Shown here piece after piece: positions 37,918-38,934 of a DNA stretch of 38,934 nucleotides. Position 1 is the first letter of the stretch. Each line of letters begins with the position of its first letter. The position numbers were made by a program, and so were the translations under genes. The notes under the pieces are model-generated. The model was given only the letters and a program-made list of their open reading frames with translations, searched no databases and was not told the DNA's origin. This DNA is from Thermotogota bacterium (GTDB lineage Bacteria > Thermotogota > Thermotogae > Petrotogales > Kosmotogaceae), in the NCBI GenBank assembly GCA_034660555.1, contig JAYEJL010000143.1:1-38934 (forward strand). The letters run 5' to 3'.

Positions 37918-38562
37918 CTACTCTAAATCGACGGATATTACTCCTGAGATTTCTGTTAAACCGGAGAGATTATCCTGCAATTTTTGGGCATCTTCGTGGC
38001 TCATAATAAGTACTATGGACATCTCGTCGTCTTCAGATTCAACCTCAAGAGTATAGATAGAAATATCCATTTTATCCAGCCATTTTGAAACTTTCCCGAC
38101 CATTTTACGATTGTTTTCTGTTGCGATAACTATTTTCTCTTTCTTAGAAGATAGTGCAACAAACTCAAGCCTTCTAAAAATAACCACAATAAACAAAACG
38201 AAACCTGTAACAACGCTTGCTAGAAGGTATTGGCCCGCACCAAAGCCTATACCTACAGATGCAGTTACCCAGAGTGTCGCTGCTGTTGTCAACCCCTTTA
38301 CGGAAAAACCTTTCTTTAAAATTGTTCCTGCACCAAGAAATCCAATACCGGAAACAATTTGAGCTGTTACCCTGCCAGGATCTCCAACTTCACCAGTAAA
38401 GAAAACCCCCATTGATAATTGAGTCAAAAATGCTGAACCTACGGAAATCAAAGCATGTGTTCTGAGCCCGGCTGGCTTTTGAATTCTCTCTCTTGTATAT
38501 CCTATGAAAGCTCCCGCGAGAGTTGCAGCTACCAAACGAAGAATAAGTTCGATGGTTTCCAT
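37918..38562 (-). CDS. MgtC/SapB-family membrane protein with C-terminal ACT-like domain
   Basis: AGLRTHALI, DPGRVTAQIVSGIGFLGAG, GLTTAATLW. Confidence 0.9.
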   Translation of the reverse strand: METIELILRLVAATLAGAFIGYTRERIQKPAGLRTHALISVGSAFLTQLSMGVFFTGEVGDPGRVTAQIVSGIGFLGAGTILKKGFSVKGLTTAATLWVTASVGIGFGAGQYLLASVVTGFVLFIVVIFRRLEFVALSSKKEKIVIATENNRKMVGKVSKWLDKMDISIYTLEVESEDDEMSIVLIMSHEDAQKLQDNLSGLTEISGVISVDLE

Positions 38563-38673
38563 TTATTTCTACCTCCTAGATTATCATTATTGTGCAACGT
38601 GAGATAATATATTTAAGATTATACCTTTACTTAATTTTAAAATATAAAGTGAATTGAGGAAGGAGTGGTTTTT

Positions 38674-38934
38674 TTGCTTGATAACATAGCAGTTAGAATT
38701 TATAGATATCCAAATGTGGAATACAATTGCGGTGAAATCATGCTTTTGGTAGGAAGAGAAAGATACGGTATTGATCTTAAACCTCAAGCACTGAAGGCTT
38801 TGCCTTTTGGAGGAGGAACGCAGATAGAAAGCGTATGAGGTGCTTTAACAGGGTCTTTATCGATTATAGGATTGTTATTTATTGATGAGTATCAACATGA
38901 AAGTGATGAAGTTAAGATAGTTGCGAATAGTTTT
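38674..38934 (+). CDS. C-GCAxxG-C-C family redox protein, 5' part, with in-frame TGA (selenoprotein or pseudogene)
   Basis: AAGGAG then TTG 38674; reads LLDNIAVRIYRYPNVEYNCGEIMLL...PFGGGTQIESV*GALTGSLSIIGLLFIDEYQHESDEVK to the edge; TGA at 38836-38838. Confidence 0.7.

Noticed and set aside
2721..38787. Short antisense or overlapping ORFs in the track (e.g. 2864-3235, 23682-24146, 38587-38787)
   Set aside because: Shadow frames of well-supported genes, without recognisable motifs or ribosome-binding sites

Overview
AT-rich bacterial chromosomal window. Gene content and style suggest an anaerobe, probably Thermotogota (inference only). Left to right: 5' end of an unknown gene with an RBS-occluding hairpin; a DUF6062-type Cys/His protein; a decayed M24 peptidase pseudogene; tldD-pmbA; an orphan long-form hutU; an unannotated 17-aa Lys-rich ORF with its own terminator; an uncharacterised Fe-S/sulfur operon (DUF5320 Gly/Arg-rich protein, two ferredoxin-inserted MinD-like ATPases, two NifB/NifX-like proteins, radical SAM, CoA-disulfide/polysulfide reductase-like flavoprotein, PadR) flanked by two COG1237-type metallo-beta-lactamase-fold genes; an AlkD + uracil-DNA-glycosylase repair pair; an Eis-like GNAT; an MFS transporter; a PAS-GAF-GGDEF cyclase; a PhzF-like isomerase; a DUF4382 lipoprotein / secreted repeat protein / OmpR two-component module; an MscS channel; a beta-mannoside ABC/GH1/LacI/GH130 locus followed by a non-canonical M24-fold gene; MgtC; and, at the right edge, an ORF missed by the ORF track (C-GCAxxG-C-C family) with an in-frame TGA at a conserved Cys. 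The best candidate for an undescribed system is the 8.4-14.2 kb operon, which resembles a split bacterial version of the archaeal IssA/SipA iron-sulfur storage system. No CRISPR array, rRNA, tRNA or mobile element was seen. All family assignments come from motif recognition, not database searches.
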